Positions 52,018 to 61,240 of a stretch of DNA of 64,000 nt are shown here, in pieces. The position numbers and the translations under genes are program-made. The stretch is from an uncultured Nocardioides sp. (GTDB lineage: Bacteria > Actinomycetota > Actinomycetes > Propionibacteriales > Nocardioidaceae): contig CAYNFY010000006.1 in NCBI GenBank assembly GCA_964396585.1, positions 223-64,222 of the forward strand, given 5' to 3'. The first letter of the stretch is position 1. Each line of letters starts with the position of its first letter. Below the pieces are notes generated by a model that saw only the letters and a program-made list of their open reading frames with translations, made no database searches and was not told the DNA's origin.

Positions 52018-53373
52018 TCACATCACCGAGCTCTCCAGCAGATCGGTGACCAGAGCGGCGATCTCACTGCGCTCAGAGCGGGTCAACGTCACGTGGGCGA
52101 ATAACGGGTGCCCCCTGAGCTTCTCGACGACCGCCACGATCCCGTCATGGCGCCCGACCCGCAGATTGTCGCGCTGCGCGACATCGTGGGTGAGCACCAC
52201 CTTGGAGTTCTGCCCGATCCGCGACAGCACAGTCAGCAGGACGTTCCGTTCCAGGGACTGCGCCTCGTCGACGATCACGAAAGCGTCGTGCAGCGAGCGG
52301 CCACGGATGTGGGTCAACGGCAGCACCTCGAGCATGCCGCGGCCGAGCACCTCTTCGACGACCTGCGGGGAGGTGATGGCTCCCAGGGTGTCGAAGACCG
52401 CTTGGCCCCAGGGGGACATCTTCTCGTTCTCCGAGCCCGGCAGGTAGCCCAGCTCCTGTCCCCCGACTGCGAACAGAGGACGGAAGACCACGACCTTCTG
52501 GTGCTGTCCCCGCTCCAGCACCGCCTCCAGGCCCGCGCACAGAGCCAGCGCCGACTTGCCGGTTCCGGCTCGACCGCCCAGAGAGACGATCCCGATCTCG
52601 GGGTCCAGCAGGAGGTCCAGTGCGATCCGCTGCTCCGCGGAACGGCCGTGAATGCCGAAGGCCTCGCGATCCCCGCGGACCAGATGCACCCGCTTGTCGG
52701 GGCCAACCCGGCCCAGCGCCGTGGAGCTCTCGCCGACCAGGACCAGACCGTTATGGCACGGCAGTTCGCGGGCCTCGTCAAGGTCGATTACGCCATCCTC
52801 GTAGAGCTCATCGATACTCGGTGAGCCGATCGACAGCTCGGTCATACCGGTATAGCCGATGTCGGAGTCACTCACCCCTTCGGCCCGGTACTCCTCGGCG
52901 TTGAGCCCGACCGCCGAAGCCTTGATCCTGAGCGGCAGATCCTTGCTGACCAGGCTCACCCGGCGTCCCTCATCGGCCAGGTTCTTGGCCACGGCGAGGA
53001 TCCGGGTGTCGTTGTCGCCGAGCCGGAAGCCGGAAGGCAGCGACTGAGGATCGGTGTGGTTGAGCTCGACCCGCAGAGTCCCACCCTCGTCGGTGATCGG
53101 GACCGGAGAGTCCAGCCGACCGTGCTCCACCCGCAGTTCGTCCAGGGTGCGTAGGGCGGTGCGGGCGAACCAACCGAGTTCCGGGTGGTGCCGCTTGGCC
53201 TCCAGTTCGGTGACCACCACCACTGGGAGCACCACCTCGTGCTCGGCGAAGCGCCGCATCGCACCCGGGTCGGCCAGCAGTACCGAGGTGTCGAGCACGT
53301 AGGTCAGGGTCTCGTCATTCAATGCCTCGTCGGCGAGAGTCGTGTCGATGGAGCGTGAGGTCGTGCCGGCCAT
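52018..53373 (-). CDS. phoH2: PhoH2-type protein (N-terminal PIN domain fused to PhoH ATPase)
   Basis: [12 protein letters not shown] (PIN), [14 protein letters not shown] (Walker A), VIVDEAQSL (Walker B). ATG 53373. Confidence 0.88.
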   Translation of the reverse strand: MAGTTSRSIDTTLADEALNDETLTYVLDTSVLLADPGAMRRFAEHEVVLPVVVVTELEAKRHHPELGWFARTALRTLDELRVEHGRLDSPVPITDEGGTLRVELNHTDPQSLPSGFRLGDNDTRILAVAKNLADEGRRVSLVSKDLPLRIKASAVGLNAEEYRAEGVSDSDIGYTGMTELSIGSPSIDELYEDGVIDLDEARELPCHNGLVLVGESSTALGRVGPDKRVHLVRGDREAFGIHGRSAEQRIALDLLLDPEIGIVSLGGRAGTGKSALALCAGLEAVLERGQHQKVVVFRPLFAVGGQELGYLPGSENEKMSPWGQAVFDTLGAITSPQVVEEVLGRGMLEVLPLTHIRGRSLHDAFVIVDEAQSLERNVLLTVLSRIGQNSKVVLTHDVAQRDNLRVGRHDGIVAVVEKLRGHPLFAHVTLTRSERSEIAALVTDLLESSVM

Positions 53374-53645
53374 GGGTCTTCCCCTCGACGACCGGCACGG
53401 GCACTCCTCGTCCCGGTCAGTTCTGTGCTGACGGACCAAGGAGTAGCGCCCGAAGACCGGAGTGCCGGCCTTCCTCCCACACCATGGCGCAGCTCGGCGT
53501 CGATGGTGGGTTCGGATCGTGAATCTTCACGAGCGGGCCTCCTGGTACCGGCGGGCTTCCCCACCCGCCGACGTGGTGAAAGTACGACGCAGTCATCGGT
53601 CAATGCGGGAGAACACGCCCGAAGCGCGGGTGAACTTCTCCTGAA

Positions 53646-53764
53646 CCGCTGAGAAGGCACTACTGCTGCCGCGTCGGTAACTACTAACGCCCCCTCAGCG
53701 GTCCGCAAACGGTGAGGGGGCGCTAGAAGTTACTGCGTTGTCAGCAAAACCGCCTTCTCAGCGG
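53646..53764. repeat. ~119-nt nested palindrome (three concentric stems); the inner stem is a probable terminator of the prenyl transferase gene
   Basis: Outer CCGCTGAGAAGGC (53646-53658) / GCCTTCTCAGCGG (53752-53764). Middle GTAACT / AGTTAC. Inner CGCCCCCTCA (53688-53697) / TGAGGGGGCG (53713-53722). Confidence 0.7.
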
Positions 53765-53779
53765 GGAAGCAGAGGGGGA

Positions 53780-54559
53780 TCAGGCGCCGAAGCGGCGTTC
53801 CCGTTGGGCGTAGGCGCGGATCGCGCGCAAGAAATCGACGCGCCGGAAGTCGGGCCACAGTGCCTCACAGAAGTAGAACTCCGAGTTCGCCGACTGCCAC
53901 AGGAGAAATCCACCGAGTCGTTGCTCCCCGGAGGTCCGGATGACCAGGTCCGGATCGGGCTGCCCCTTGGTGTAGAGATGGTCCGCGATGTGCTCGACAT
54001 CGATCAGTTCGGCGAGTTCCTCCAGGGTGGTGCCCTGGGTGGCGTGTTCCTTCAGCAGGCCGCGTACCGCGTCGGCGATCTCCCGCCGCCCGCCGTAGCC
54101 GACCGCCACGTTGACCAGGAGTCCGTCGACCTCGCGGGTGGCCTCCTGGGCGGCCTTCAGCTTCTCGGCCGTATCGCCCGGCAACAGATCCAGGGCGCCC
54201 ACCGGATGGATTCGCCAGCGACCGGCGCCGGCCAGCGACTCGACGGCACCGTCGATGATCCGGAGCAGCCCCGCCAACTGATCGGGCGGACGGCTCGACA
54301 GGTTGTCGTTGGAGAGCAACCACAGGGTCACCACTTTGACGCCGACCTCTTCGCACCACCCGAGCAGCGGGAAGATGTTGTCCGCGCCGGCCTGATAGCC
54401 CTGAGCGGTCTCCGCCCCCACCGCCTTGGCCCAGCGTCTGTTGCCATCGAGCATCACGCCTACGTGCTCGGGCACCCGCTCCCCCGGGAGTGCCCTGAGC
54501 ATCCTGGCCTCATAGGCCGGATACAGGACCCTGCGCACTGCGTCCTTCCACTTCGCCAC
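53780..54559 (-). CDS. uppS: Isoprenyl transferase (Z-prenyl / undecaprenyl diphosphate synthase family)
   Basis: HVGVMLDGNRRWA, VTLWLLSNDN, IRTSGEQRLGGFLLWQSANSEFYF. Confidence 0.92.
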   Translation of the reverse strand: MAKWKDAVRRVLYPAYEARMLRALPGERVPEHVGVMLDGNRRWAKAVGAETAQGYQAGADNIFPLLGWCEEVGVKVVTLWLLSNDNLSSRPPDQLAGLLRIIDGAVESLAGAGRWRIHPVGALDLLPGDTAEKLKAAQEATREVDGLLVNVAVGYGGRREIADAVRGLLKEHATQGTTLEELAELIDVEHIADHLYTKGQPDPDLVIRTSGEQRLGGFLLWQSANSEFYFCEALWPDFRRVDFLRAIRAYAQRERRFGA

Positions 54560-54697
54560 CTGACAAGACTAGGGGTTGGCTCCCAAATACGAAGAGCCTG
54601 ACGCCGCGACCGCGTCCCTGCCCGCCTGCGCCCGGATGTGACCAGCGCATCGGGCCAGTCACTTGGTCGGCAACCTACGGTCCCGTACCTTGATGTC

Positions 54698-55450
54698 ATG
54701 AACGATGCCCTGCGCAACCGGATGGATCTCGTCCGCACCGGCGTCCGTGAGGGCCTCGACGGTGTGGTCGAGGCCGTCGAGGAGCGACTGGCCGACATCA
54801 AGCCGCGGCTGCGCGGGTGGCTGCATCTCGCCTCGGTGCCTTTGATCCTGGCCGCCGGGATCGTGTTGATCGTTCTCTCTCCCACCACCACTACCAGGAT
54901 CGGTTCGAGCGTCTTCACCGTTTCGGCGCTGGTGCTGTTCGGGGTCTCCGCGGTCTACCACCGCGGCACCTGGTCACCGCGGACCTGGAACGTGCTGCGC
55001 CGCATGGACCACTCCAACATCTTCCTGCTGATCGCCGGCTCCTACACGCCGTTCTCGCTGATCATGCTGCACGGTGCGGAACGGGTCTGGATGCTGTCGA
55101 TCGTGTGGACCGGCGCGATACTCGGGGTGTTCTTCCGGGTGTTCTGGACCGATGCCCCCCGCTGGCTGTACACACCGATCTACATGGCCCTGGGCTGGGC
55201 GGCTGTTCCTTTCCTGCCCGACTTCTTCGCCGGAGCGCACCGGGTCGGGCTCGGCATCGGCATCGCCACCTTGGTGCTGGTCGCGGTGGGTGGGGTCTTC
55301 TACACCCTCGGTGGGCTCGTCTACGGTCTGCAACGGCCCAACCCCTGGCCGCGCACCTTCGGCTTCCACGAGGTCTTCCACACGTTCACGATCCTGGCCT
55401 TCGCGACCCATTACGTCGGTCTCTCGCTAGCCACCTACTCGCTGCGCTGA
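54698..55450 (+). CDS. Hemolysin III / PAQR-family membrane protein
   Basis: Seven TM segments. RMDHSNIFLLIAGSYTP and HEVFHTFTILA. ATG 54698. Confidence 0.88.
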   Translation: MNDALRNRMDLVRTGVREGLDGVVEAVEERLADIKPRLRGWLHLASVPLILAAGIVLIVLSPTTTTRIGSSVFTVSALVLFGVSAVYHRGTWSPRTWNVLRRMDHSNIFLLIAGSYTPFSLIMLHGAERVWMLSIVWTGAILGVFFRVFWTDAPRWLYTPIYMALGWAAVPFLPDFFAGAHRVGLGIGIATLVLVAVGGVFYTLGGLVYGLQRPNPWPRTFGFHEVFHTFTILAFATHYVGLSLATYSLR

Positions 55451-55487
55451 TCTCGCGTCCTGGATCCGACGGCGGAGCCTGAACCCG

Positions 55488-57614
55488 ATGTGGCGGCTGC
55501 TGCGGTGGGTCGGGGTGGGAGCCGCAGCGCTCCTGATCGCAGCTCTACTGGCCACCCTGGCCTGGGGCCCGGGCCACGGGCGTCCACACGGCGCGAAGGT
55601 CGGTCTGGTCGCGCCCAACGCGGTACTGAGCGTGCTCGACACCAGCAGCCAAACCGATCCAGGCTCCGAGTCACCTCTGCGTACCGAGATCGTGCGGGAC
55701 CGCGCCGTCGCCCACCTCGCCGTGAAGCAGCGGGATCTGGTCGCCGCAGTCGTGGTGGATCTCTCGGGAACCGAGGACGTGCTGCTGCTCGACCGGTCAC
55801 GCAATCGCGACCTGCAACGCAGTGTTCGTCTCGAGGTCGCCCGACAGGAACACCTGCTCGGTCGTACCCTGCGCGTCGAGTCGGTGAATCCGCACCGAGC
55901 CGGGGCAGCCGAGACCGCCGACAGCGCCGTGCTCTGGTCGCTGCTGGCCGGGTTCGTGCTGGGGATGAGTACCGTGGTGGCGCGCTGGGTCCGGCGGCGC
56001 CCGCTGGCGGGCCACCTGTCCCGCTCGGTACTGGTCCTGGTCGGGGGTTCGCTGCTGATCGGCATCGTGAGCGACTGGTGGATGCTCGGAGGGTCGAGCG
56101 ACCGGCCGGTGTCGACATCGGTTCTCGCGGTGACCGCGCTGATCTCCGCGCTGCTCCCGGTCGGATTCGCTGCTGCCGCTGAGCAGATCGGACTCGCCCT
56201 GGCCCTCCCACTGCAGCTGACTCTGGTACTGCCGGTGCTACTCAACCTCGACGACCTGATGCTCCCCACGCCCTGGTCATGGTTCTATCCTTGGACGGCT
56301 CCCGGAGCAGCCCGGACGGCGTTGTCACAAGAGGGTCCACCACCGCTGTGGACGGTGCTCGCCCTGGTCCTGTGGCTGGCCGCGAGCGCGGTGCTGGCCG
56401 TCGCCGGTCGGCAGGCCCGTGCCGATTCCGCCGCCCATCTCCCCCTGACCCGCGCGCTCACAGCGGCGACTCCGGCGGTCATCGTCCTGGGCTTGGCCGC
56501 CTGGCTGCTGCCTACCGACGCCCAACTGCCCGGCGACAGCACGCCGCTGGCCGGCACCAGTCGATGCGAACACGTCGGGCCGCTGAACTCGGTCCGCGAC
56601 CTCAACCGGGCGACCCGGTCCCTGGACAGCGGGGATCTGATCGGCGGCGGAGACGTCGGGGCCAGTACCTTGCTGCAGGACGGTCGTTCGCTGTGGCTCT
56701 TCGGCGACTCGGTCCGCAGCCCCGGCAAGTACCCCACCTTCGTACGCAACTCGATGCTCATCCTCCAGACCGACTGCCTAGCGATCGTGCTGCCTCACGA
56801 CAACGGTGCCGTCATCCCCAATCGGGCCGACGGCGTCGGCTACTGGCCGATGTCGGTGAGCGCCCGAAGCGAGACCGGGTACGACCTGGTCACCGTGACC
56901 GCACAGCGGGTCCGGAACACCGGATCAGATGTCTTCGATTTCGAGATGCTCGGCCCCTCGGTGGCCCGCTTCGTGGTTCCGCGGGGCGGTACGCCGCAGC
57001 TGCTCCAGGTCACCGATCTGAGCCGAGATCGAGTCGATGCCACCCGACCCATGTGGGGCGCGGCGTCGGCCGCGGCCGACGGCTGGCTCTACAGTTACGG
57101 CACTGCTCAGAGCAGTGAGGAGGGCGTCTTCGGGTACAGCCTGCGTGTCTCTCGAGCTCGGCCACAGGACGCGCTCGACACCAGCCGATGGCAGTACTGG
57201 GACGGCTCCGGGTGGAGCGGCGAGGAGGCCAGGGCCACCGAACTGATCCCGGCCGAGAACGGCACGTCGCAGACGTTGTCGGTCTGGCGCGGCAAGGGGG
57301 CAGGCGGAAACGTCTGGTATGCGCTCAGCAAGCGCAACGACTTCCTCGGATCCGACCTCGTGGTGTGGACCGCGCCGGCACCGACCGGACCGTTCACTCC
57401 GCACCCCACCGAAACCACGATCCCCTCCGACATCAGCACAGGCGAACTGCGCTATATGCCCCTGGCGCACCCCGAGATCCTGCCGAAACGGGGCAGCGTG
57501 GTGGTCTCCTACAGCAACAATCGGTTGGATCCCGAGGCCGTCGAGCAGGATCCATCCGTCTACCGACCCACCTTCCTGCGGGTCAGGCTGCCCGACACCG
57601 CGCCGAACGGCTGA
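55488..57614 (+). CDS. Large membrane protein: polytopic N-terminal half plus an extracytoplasmic beta-propeller/glycosidase-like C-terminal half (possibly DUF4185-like)
   Basis: Multiple TM helices up to about aa 340, then LLQDGRSLWLFGDSV, YWPMS, WGAASAAADGWLYSYG, YWDGSGW. The family assignment is from memory only. Confidence 0.6.
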   Translation: MWRLLRWVGVGAAALLIAALLATLAWGPGHGRPHGAKVGLVAPNAVLSVLDTSSQTDPGSESPLRTEIVRDRAVAHLAVKQRDLVAAVVVDLSGTEDVLLLDRSRNRDLQRSVRLEVARQEHLLGRTLRVESVNPHRAGAAETADSAVLWSLLAGFVLGMSTVVARWVRRRPLAGHLSRSVLVLVGGSLLIGIVSDWWMLGGSSDRPVSTSVLAVTALISALLPVGFAAAAEQIGLALALPLQLTLVLPVLLNLDDLMLPTPWSWFYPWTAPGAARTALSQEGPPPLWTVLALVLWLAASAVLAVAGRQARADSAAHLPLTRALTAATPAVIVLGLAAWLLPTDAQLPGDSTPLAGTSRCEHVGPLNSVRDLNRATRSLDSGDLIGGGDVGASTLLQDGRSLWLFGDSVRSPGKYPTFVRNSMLILQTDCLAIVLPHDNGAVIPNRADGVGYWPMSVSARSETGYDLVTVTAQRVRNTGSDVFDFEMLGPSVARFVVPRGGTPQLLQVTDLSRDRVDATRPMWGAASAAADGWLYSYGTAQSSEEGVFGYSLRVSRARPQDALDTSRWQYWDGSGWSGEEARATELIPAENGTSQTLSVWRGKGAGGNVWYALSKRNDFLGSDLVVWTAPAPTGPFTPHPTETTIPSDISTGELRYMPLAHPEILPKRGSVVVSYSNNRLDPEAVEQDPSVYRPTFLRVRLPDTAPNG

Positions 57615-57619
57615 GCGGG

Positions 57620-57904
57620 TCAGCTGTCCTCGGTGGAGCGAGTCCCGGCCTCGGCCGACTCCTCCTCGGCGGGGGTCTCGGAGGAGGTTCCGTAGACACC
57701 TTCCTTGTCGGCGGAATTGACGCGCTTCATCGATCGGTAGAAGGCGATGCAGATCAGCGCCGTGACCAGGACCAGAGTGAGGAACACCCCGAAGCCGATC
57801 CAGCCGGCCTTGACGTCCTCGCCCTTCGGCGTGGGGTCGTCGGCCAGGATTCGGACGGCATCGGCAGCGGTCAGGGTGACGGAGGTGACGAATGCGGGCA
57901 ACAT
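57620..57904 (-). CDS. Small single-pass membrane protein
   Basis: ATG 57904 (MLPAFVTSVTLTAADAV...). TM segment WIGFGVFLTLVLVTALICIAF and an acidic tail. Directly downstream of mca. Confidence 0.45.
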   Translation of the reverse strand: MLPAFVTSVTLTAADAVRILADDPTPKGEDVKAGWIGFGVFLTLVLVTALICIAFYRSMKRVNSADKEGVYGTSSETPAEEESAEAGTRSTEDS

Positions 57905-57911
57905 GTGACTC

Positions 57912-58808
57912 TCAGGCTTCAGCGGTGGTGGATTCGACGATCCCGGCGAACAGATCGTCCTCGGGCAGTTCGGTGGGCACGTGGCTGGTGACCAGTTCGA
58001 AGTCCTCGGTGGGCCAGGCCTCCTGCTGCACTTCGCGCGGCACCGAGAACCACCAGCCATCGGGGTCGATCTGAGTGGCGTGCGCCATCAGTGCCTGATC
58101 GCGCACCCCGAAGTATTCGCCGCACGGGACCCTGGTGGTGATCCGCGCATCCCAGTCGGGCTCGATCTTCCAGGTGGCGAGCCGCTCACCATAGGGCGAC
58201 TCCAGGCCGTGCGCGAGGATCGCCTCGTGCAGGGCCACGGCCTTCAAGCGGTTGAAGCCGTGCTGGTAGTAAAGCTTGAGCGGTTGCCACGGCTCGCCGG
58301 CCTCCGGGTACTGCTCGGGGTCCCCGGCCGCCTCGAAGGCCGCCACCGAGACCTCGTGACAGCGGATGTGGTCCGGGTGCGGATACCCGCCACGTTCGTC
58401 GTAGGTCGTCATCACATGGGGCTTGAAGGACCGTACGAGGGCCACCAGACGCTCCACCGACACCTCCAGGGGCACCAGCGCGAAGCAGTCTTCGGGCAGC
58501 GGCGGCTTCGGGTCGCCTTCAGGCCATCCGGAGTCGATGAAACCCAGCCAGTCCTGCCGGATCCCGAGGATGTCGCGGGCCCGTTCCATCTCCTGGCGAC
58601 GCACCTCGGTGATATTGGCCGCGATCTCGGGACGGTCCATCTTCGCGTTCAGAATCGACCCGCGCTCACCGCCGGTACAGGTGACCACGTGGACGTCCAC
58701 ACCCTCGGCCACATAGCGTGCGGTACTGGCCGCGCCCTTGCTCGACTCGTCGTCGGGGTGCGCGTGCACATGCATCAGGCGGAGCCCGGAGCGGGGGTGC
58801 TGCGTCAT
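57912..58808 (-). CDS. mca: Mycothiol conjugate amidase (LmbE/PIG-L family)
   Basis: [44 protein letters not shown]. Its position next to the DUF4307 gene and greA matches mca rather than mshB. Confidence 0.85.
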   Translation of the reverse strand: MTQHPRSGLRLMHVHAHPDDESSKGAASTARYVAEGVDVHVVTCTGGERGSILNAKMDRPEIAANITEVRRQEMERARDILGIRQDWLGFIDSGWPEGDPKPPLPEDCFALVPLEVSVERLVALVRSFKPHVMTTYDERGGYPHPDHIRCHEVSVAAFEAAGDPEQYPEAGEPWQPLKLYYQHGFNRLKAVALHEAILAHGLESPYGERLATWKIEPDWDARITTRVPCGEYFGVRDQALMAHATQIDPDGWWFSVPREVQQEAWPTEDFELVTSHVPTELPEDDLFAGIVESTTAEA

Positions 58809-58873
58809 GTCACCCAGTCTATTGGTCGTGCCCCGGGTGCCGGGGGTTGGGCGTTGGTTCCTAGGCTGGGAGC

Positions 58874-59269
58874 ATGACCGGCAACGAGAGCACGGACCTG
58901 ATGGCCGAGCGGTACGGCACCGACCGCACCGGAGGCCGGACCGTGGCCCGGGTGCTCTCCGTGGTGGTGATCGCCCTCTTCACCGGCGTGATGGTGTGGA
59001 TCATTGCAATGAACTCCAGTCCGGACACCCAGATCAAGGTGCTGACCTTCGATGTGATCGATGACCACCGGGTAACCACCGACGTGAACGTGCACTTCAA
59101 GGACCCGATCACCGAGGCCGTCTGCGTGGTGCAAGCAGGCGCCCAGGACGGCGCCCTGGTCGGTGAGACCCGATTCACCGCGACCAACGGACGTCAGAGT
59201 GTCGAGATCAAGACCGACCGACGGGCAACCACCGTGATGGAGAAAAACTGCACCCCGGTGAAGGACTGA
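58874..59269 (+). CDS. DUF4307-family membrane-anchored protein
   Basis: N-terminal TM ([19 protein letters not shown]) then a beta-rich domain [18 protein letters not shown]. Conserved neighbour of greA and mca in actinobacteria. Confidence 0.7.
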   Translation: MTGNESTDLMAERYGTDRTGGRTVARVLSVVVIALFTGVMVWIIAMNSSPDTQIKVLTFDVIDDHRVTTDVNVHFKDPITEAVCVVQAGAQDGALVGETRFTATNGRQSVEIKTDRRATTVMEKNCTPVKD

Positions 59270-59450
59270 TCCCGGGGCACACGCCCGATTCGGTGAAGCC
59301 CCGTGCGGGCTTCGAAGCCGCGCCATCCGATTCCCTCGGATGCCGTGAGGAGCGCGTCTTCTTCGCATCCTTGCTATCCTGAAACTTCACCACGTCCCGC
59401 CGGGCACCACGGAACGCCCAGCGGGATTTGTCTTTGTCCGAGGAGTGACC

Positions 59451-59954
59451 ATGACCCAGTCCGCACAGCAGGACGTCATCTGGCTGACCCAGGAGGCGTA
59501 CGACAAGCTCGAGGCCAAGCTGGCCGAGCTTGACGGGCCCCGCCGCGAGGAGATCAAGGCCCAGATCGCCGAGGCACGTGACGAGGGTGACCTCAAGGAG
59601 AACGCCGGCTACCACGCCGCGCGCGACGCCCTCGCCCAGTTGGAGGGCGAAGTCCTCTTGCTCAAGGACAAGCTGCGGCGCGCTCAGATCGGTGAGACTC
59701 CCCCCGACGACGGTGTCGTCGAGCCCGGCATGCTGGTCACCTACAAATTCGTCGGCGATGACGACGACGAAGCGGAGACCTTCCTCTTCGGTGCCAAGGA
59801 GATGGAGGAGCCCGGGCTGAGCGTCGTCTCGCCGCAGTCCGCTCTGGGCCAGGCGGTACACGGTCGCTCGAAGGGCGACACGGTCACCTACACCGCGCCC
59901 AACGGCAAGGACCTGAGCGTCAAGATTCTCGACGCCAAGCCGTACTCGGGCTGA
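59451..59954 (+). CDS. greA: Transcription elongation factor GreA
   Basis: WLTQEAYDKLEAKLAEL, ARDEGDLKENAGYHAARD. ATG 59451 follows GAGGAG (the ORF-track GTG 59445 is less likely). Confidence 0.95.
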   Translation: MTQSAQQDVIWLTQEAYDKLEAKLAELDGPRREEIKAQIAEARDEGDLKENAGYHAARDALAQLEGEVLLLKDKLRRAQIGETPPDDGVVEPGMLVTYKFVGDDDDEAETFLFGAKEMEEPGLSVVSPQSALGQAVHGRSKGDTVTYTAPNGKDLSVKILDAKPYSG

Positions 59955-59968
59955 CCCGAGCAGGACCC

Positions 59969-60009
59969 ACGACGGGGCCGGACACCGTATCGGTGTCCGG
60001 CCCCGTCGT
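59969..60009. terminator. Bidirectional 19-bp stem-loop between greA and ilvA
   Basis: ACGACGGGGCCGGACACCG-TAT-CGGTGTCCGGCCCCGTCGT, followed by TTTGT. Confidence 0.7.
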
Positions 60010-60024
60010 TTGTCCCCGGCCGGA

Positions 60025-61236
60025 TCAGCGTTGCTGGACGGCCAGGCCATTCGCCCGCAGCCCCTGCAACAGCACCTGGGCGTGGCTCTCTCCCCTGGTC
60101 TCCAACTGGATCGCGACCGCTACCTCGTCGACCCGCAGACTGGGTGATAGCCGTTCATGGGCCACCTCCAAGACGTTGCCGCCCGCCTCGCCGATCGCGG
60201 TGAGCAACCGGGCCAGCCCTCCGGGCGCATCGGGGATCACCACCCGCAACGAGAGGAAGCGCCCGGCTGCGGCCAGACCATGCCGGATCACCTTGTTGAG
60301 CAGCAACGGGTCGATATTGCCTCCCGAGAGGATCGCGACCGCGGGGGTGGCGAAACGACCGGGATGGTCCAGCAGCGCCGCGACTGCGGCCGCACCCGCC
60401 GGCTCGACCACCATCTTGGCGCGCTCGACCAGCGACAGCAGGGCCCGGCTGAGCGACTCCTCACTGACCGTGATCACCTCGTCGACGTGGTCTCGTACCG
60501 CGGCGAAGGTGATCTCACCGGGCAGGCCCACCGCGATGCCGTCGGCCATGGTGTGCATCTCGGCCAGGGCGACCGGGGCTCCGGCCGCCAAGGATCCCGG
60601 AAAGGCCGCCGCGCCCTCGGCCTGCACCCCCACCACCTGGACGTCGGGTCGCTGCGACTTGATCGCCAGAGCGACCCCGGCGAGCAGCCCGCCACCACCG
60701 GTAGGCACCAGCACGGTGGCCAGCTCCGGAATCTGGTCGAGGATCTCCAGACCGACGGTGCCCTGTCCGGCGACCACGTCGGCATGATCGAAGGGATGAA
60801 TCAGCACCGCCCCGGTCCGATCGGCGAACTCCCGGGCCGCGGTCAGGGCATCCTCCAGGTGACGGCCGTGGAAGACCACGTCGGCTCCATAGGCCCGGGT
60901 GGCCCGCTCCTTGGGAATCGGTGCCCCTACCGGCATGAAGACCGTGGCGCGTAGCCCCAACATCTGGGCCGCCAGTGCCACCCCCTGGGCATGGTTTCCG
61001 GCGGACGCGGCCACCACCCCCCGAGCCTGTTCGGCGGGTGTGAGCCTGCTGATCCGCACATAGGCGCCGCGAGACTTGAAGGAGCCGGTGCGTTGCAGGT
61101 TCTCGCACTTGAGGTGGACCGGGCCGCCGCACAGTGCCGAGAGCCAGCGCGACTCCTCCATCGGCGTGCGCACCACCACCCCGGTCAGCAGTTCGTCGGC
61201 AGCCTCGATCTCGGCGCGCCAGTCGATCCTGTTCAT
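60025..61236 (-). CDS. ilvA: Threonine ammonia-lyase (threonine dehydratase) with an ACT-like C-terminal domain
   Basis: LKCENLQRTGSFKSRGA (PLP lysine), AASAGNHAQGVA, PTGGGGLLAG. Confidence 0.92.
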   Translation of the reverse strand: MNRIDWRAEIEAADELLTGVVVRTPMEESRWLSALCGGPVHLKCENLQRTGSFKSRGAYVRISRLTPAEQARGVVAASAGNHAQGVALAAQMLGLRATVFMPVGAPIPKERATRAYGADVVFHGRHLEDALTAAREFADRTGAVLIHPFDHADVVAGQGTVGLEILDQIPELATVLVPTGGGGLLAGVALAIKSQRPDVQVVGVQAEGAAAFPGSLAAGAPVALAEMHTMADGIAVGLPGEITFAAVRDHVDEVITVSEESLSRALLSLVERAKMVVEPAGAAAVAALLDHPGRFATPAVAILSGGNIDPLLLNKVIRHGLAAAGRFLSLRVVIPDAPGGLARLLTAIGEAGGNVLEVAHERLSPSLRVDEVAVAIQLETRGESHAQVLLQGLRANGLAVQQR

Positions 61237-61240
61237 CGGC

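Noticed and set aside
53319-53708. 129-aa ORF overlapping the phoH2 start, considered as a phoAT-like upstream antitoxin ORF.
   Set aside because: It is extremely Arg/Pro/Ala-rich with no start context, and it overlaps phoH2 by more than 50 nt. It looks like GC-driven off-frame noise. A shorter conserved uORF cannot be excluded.
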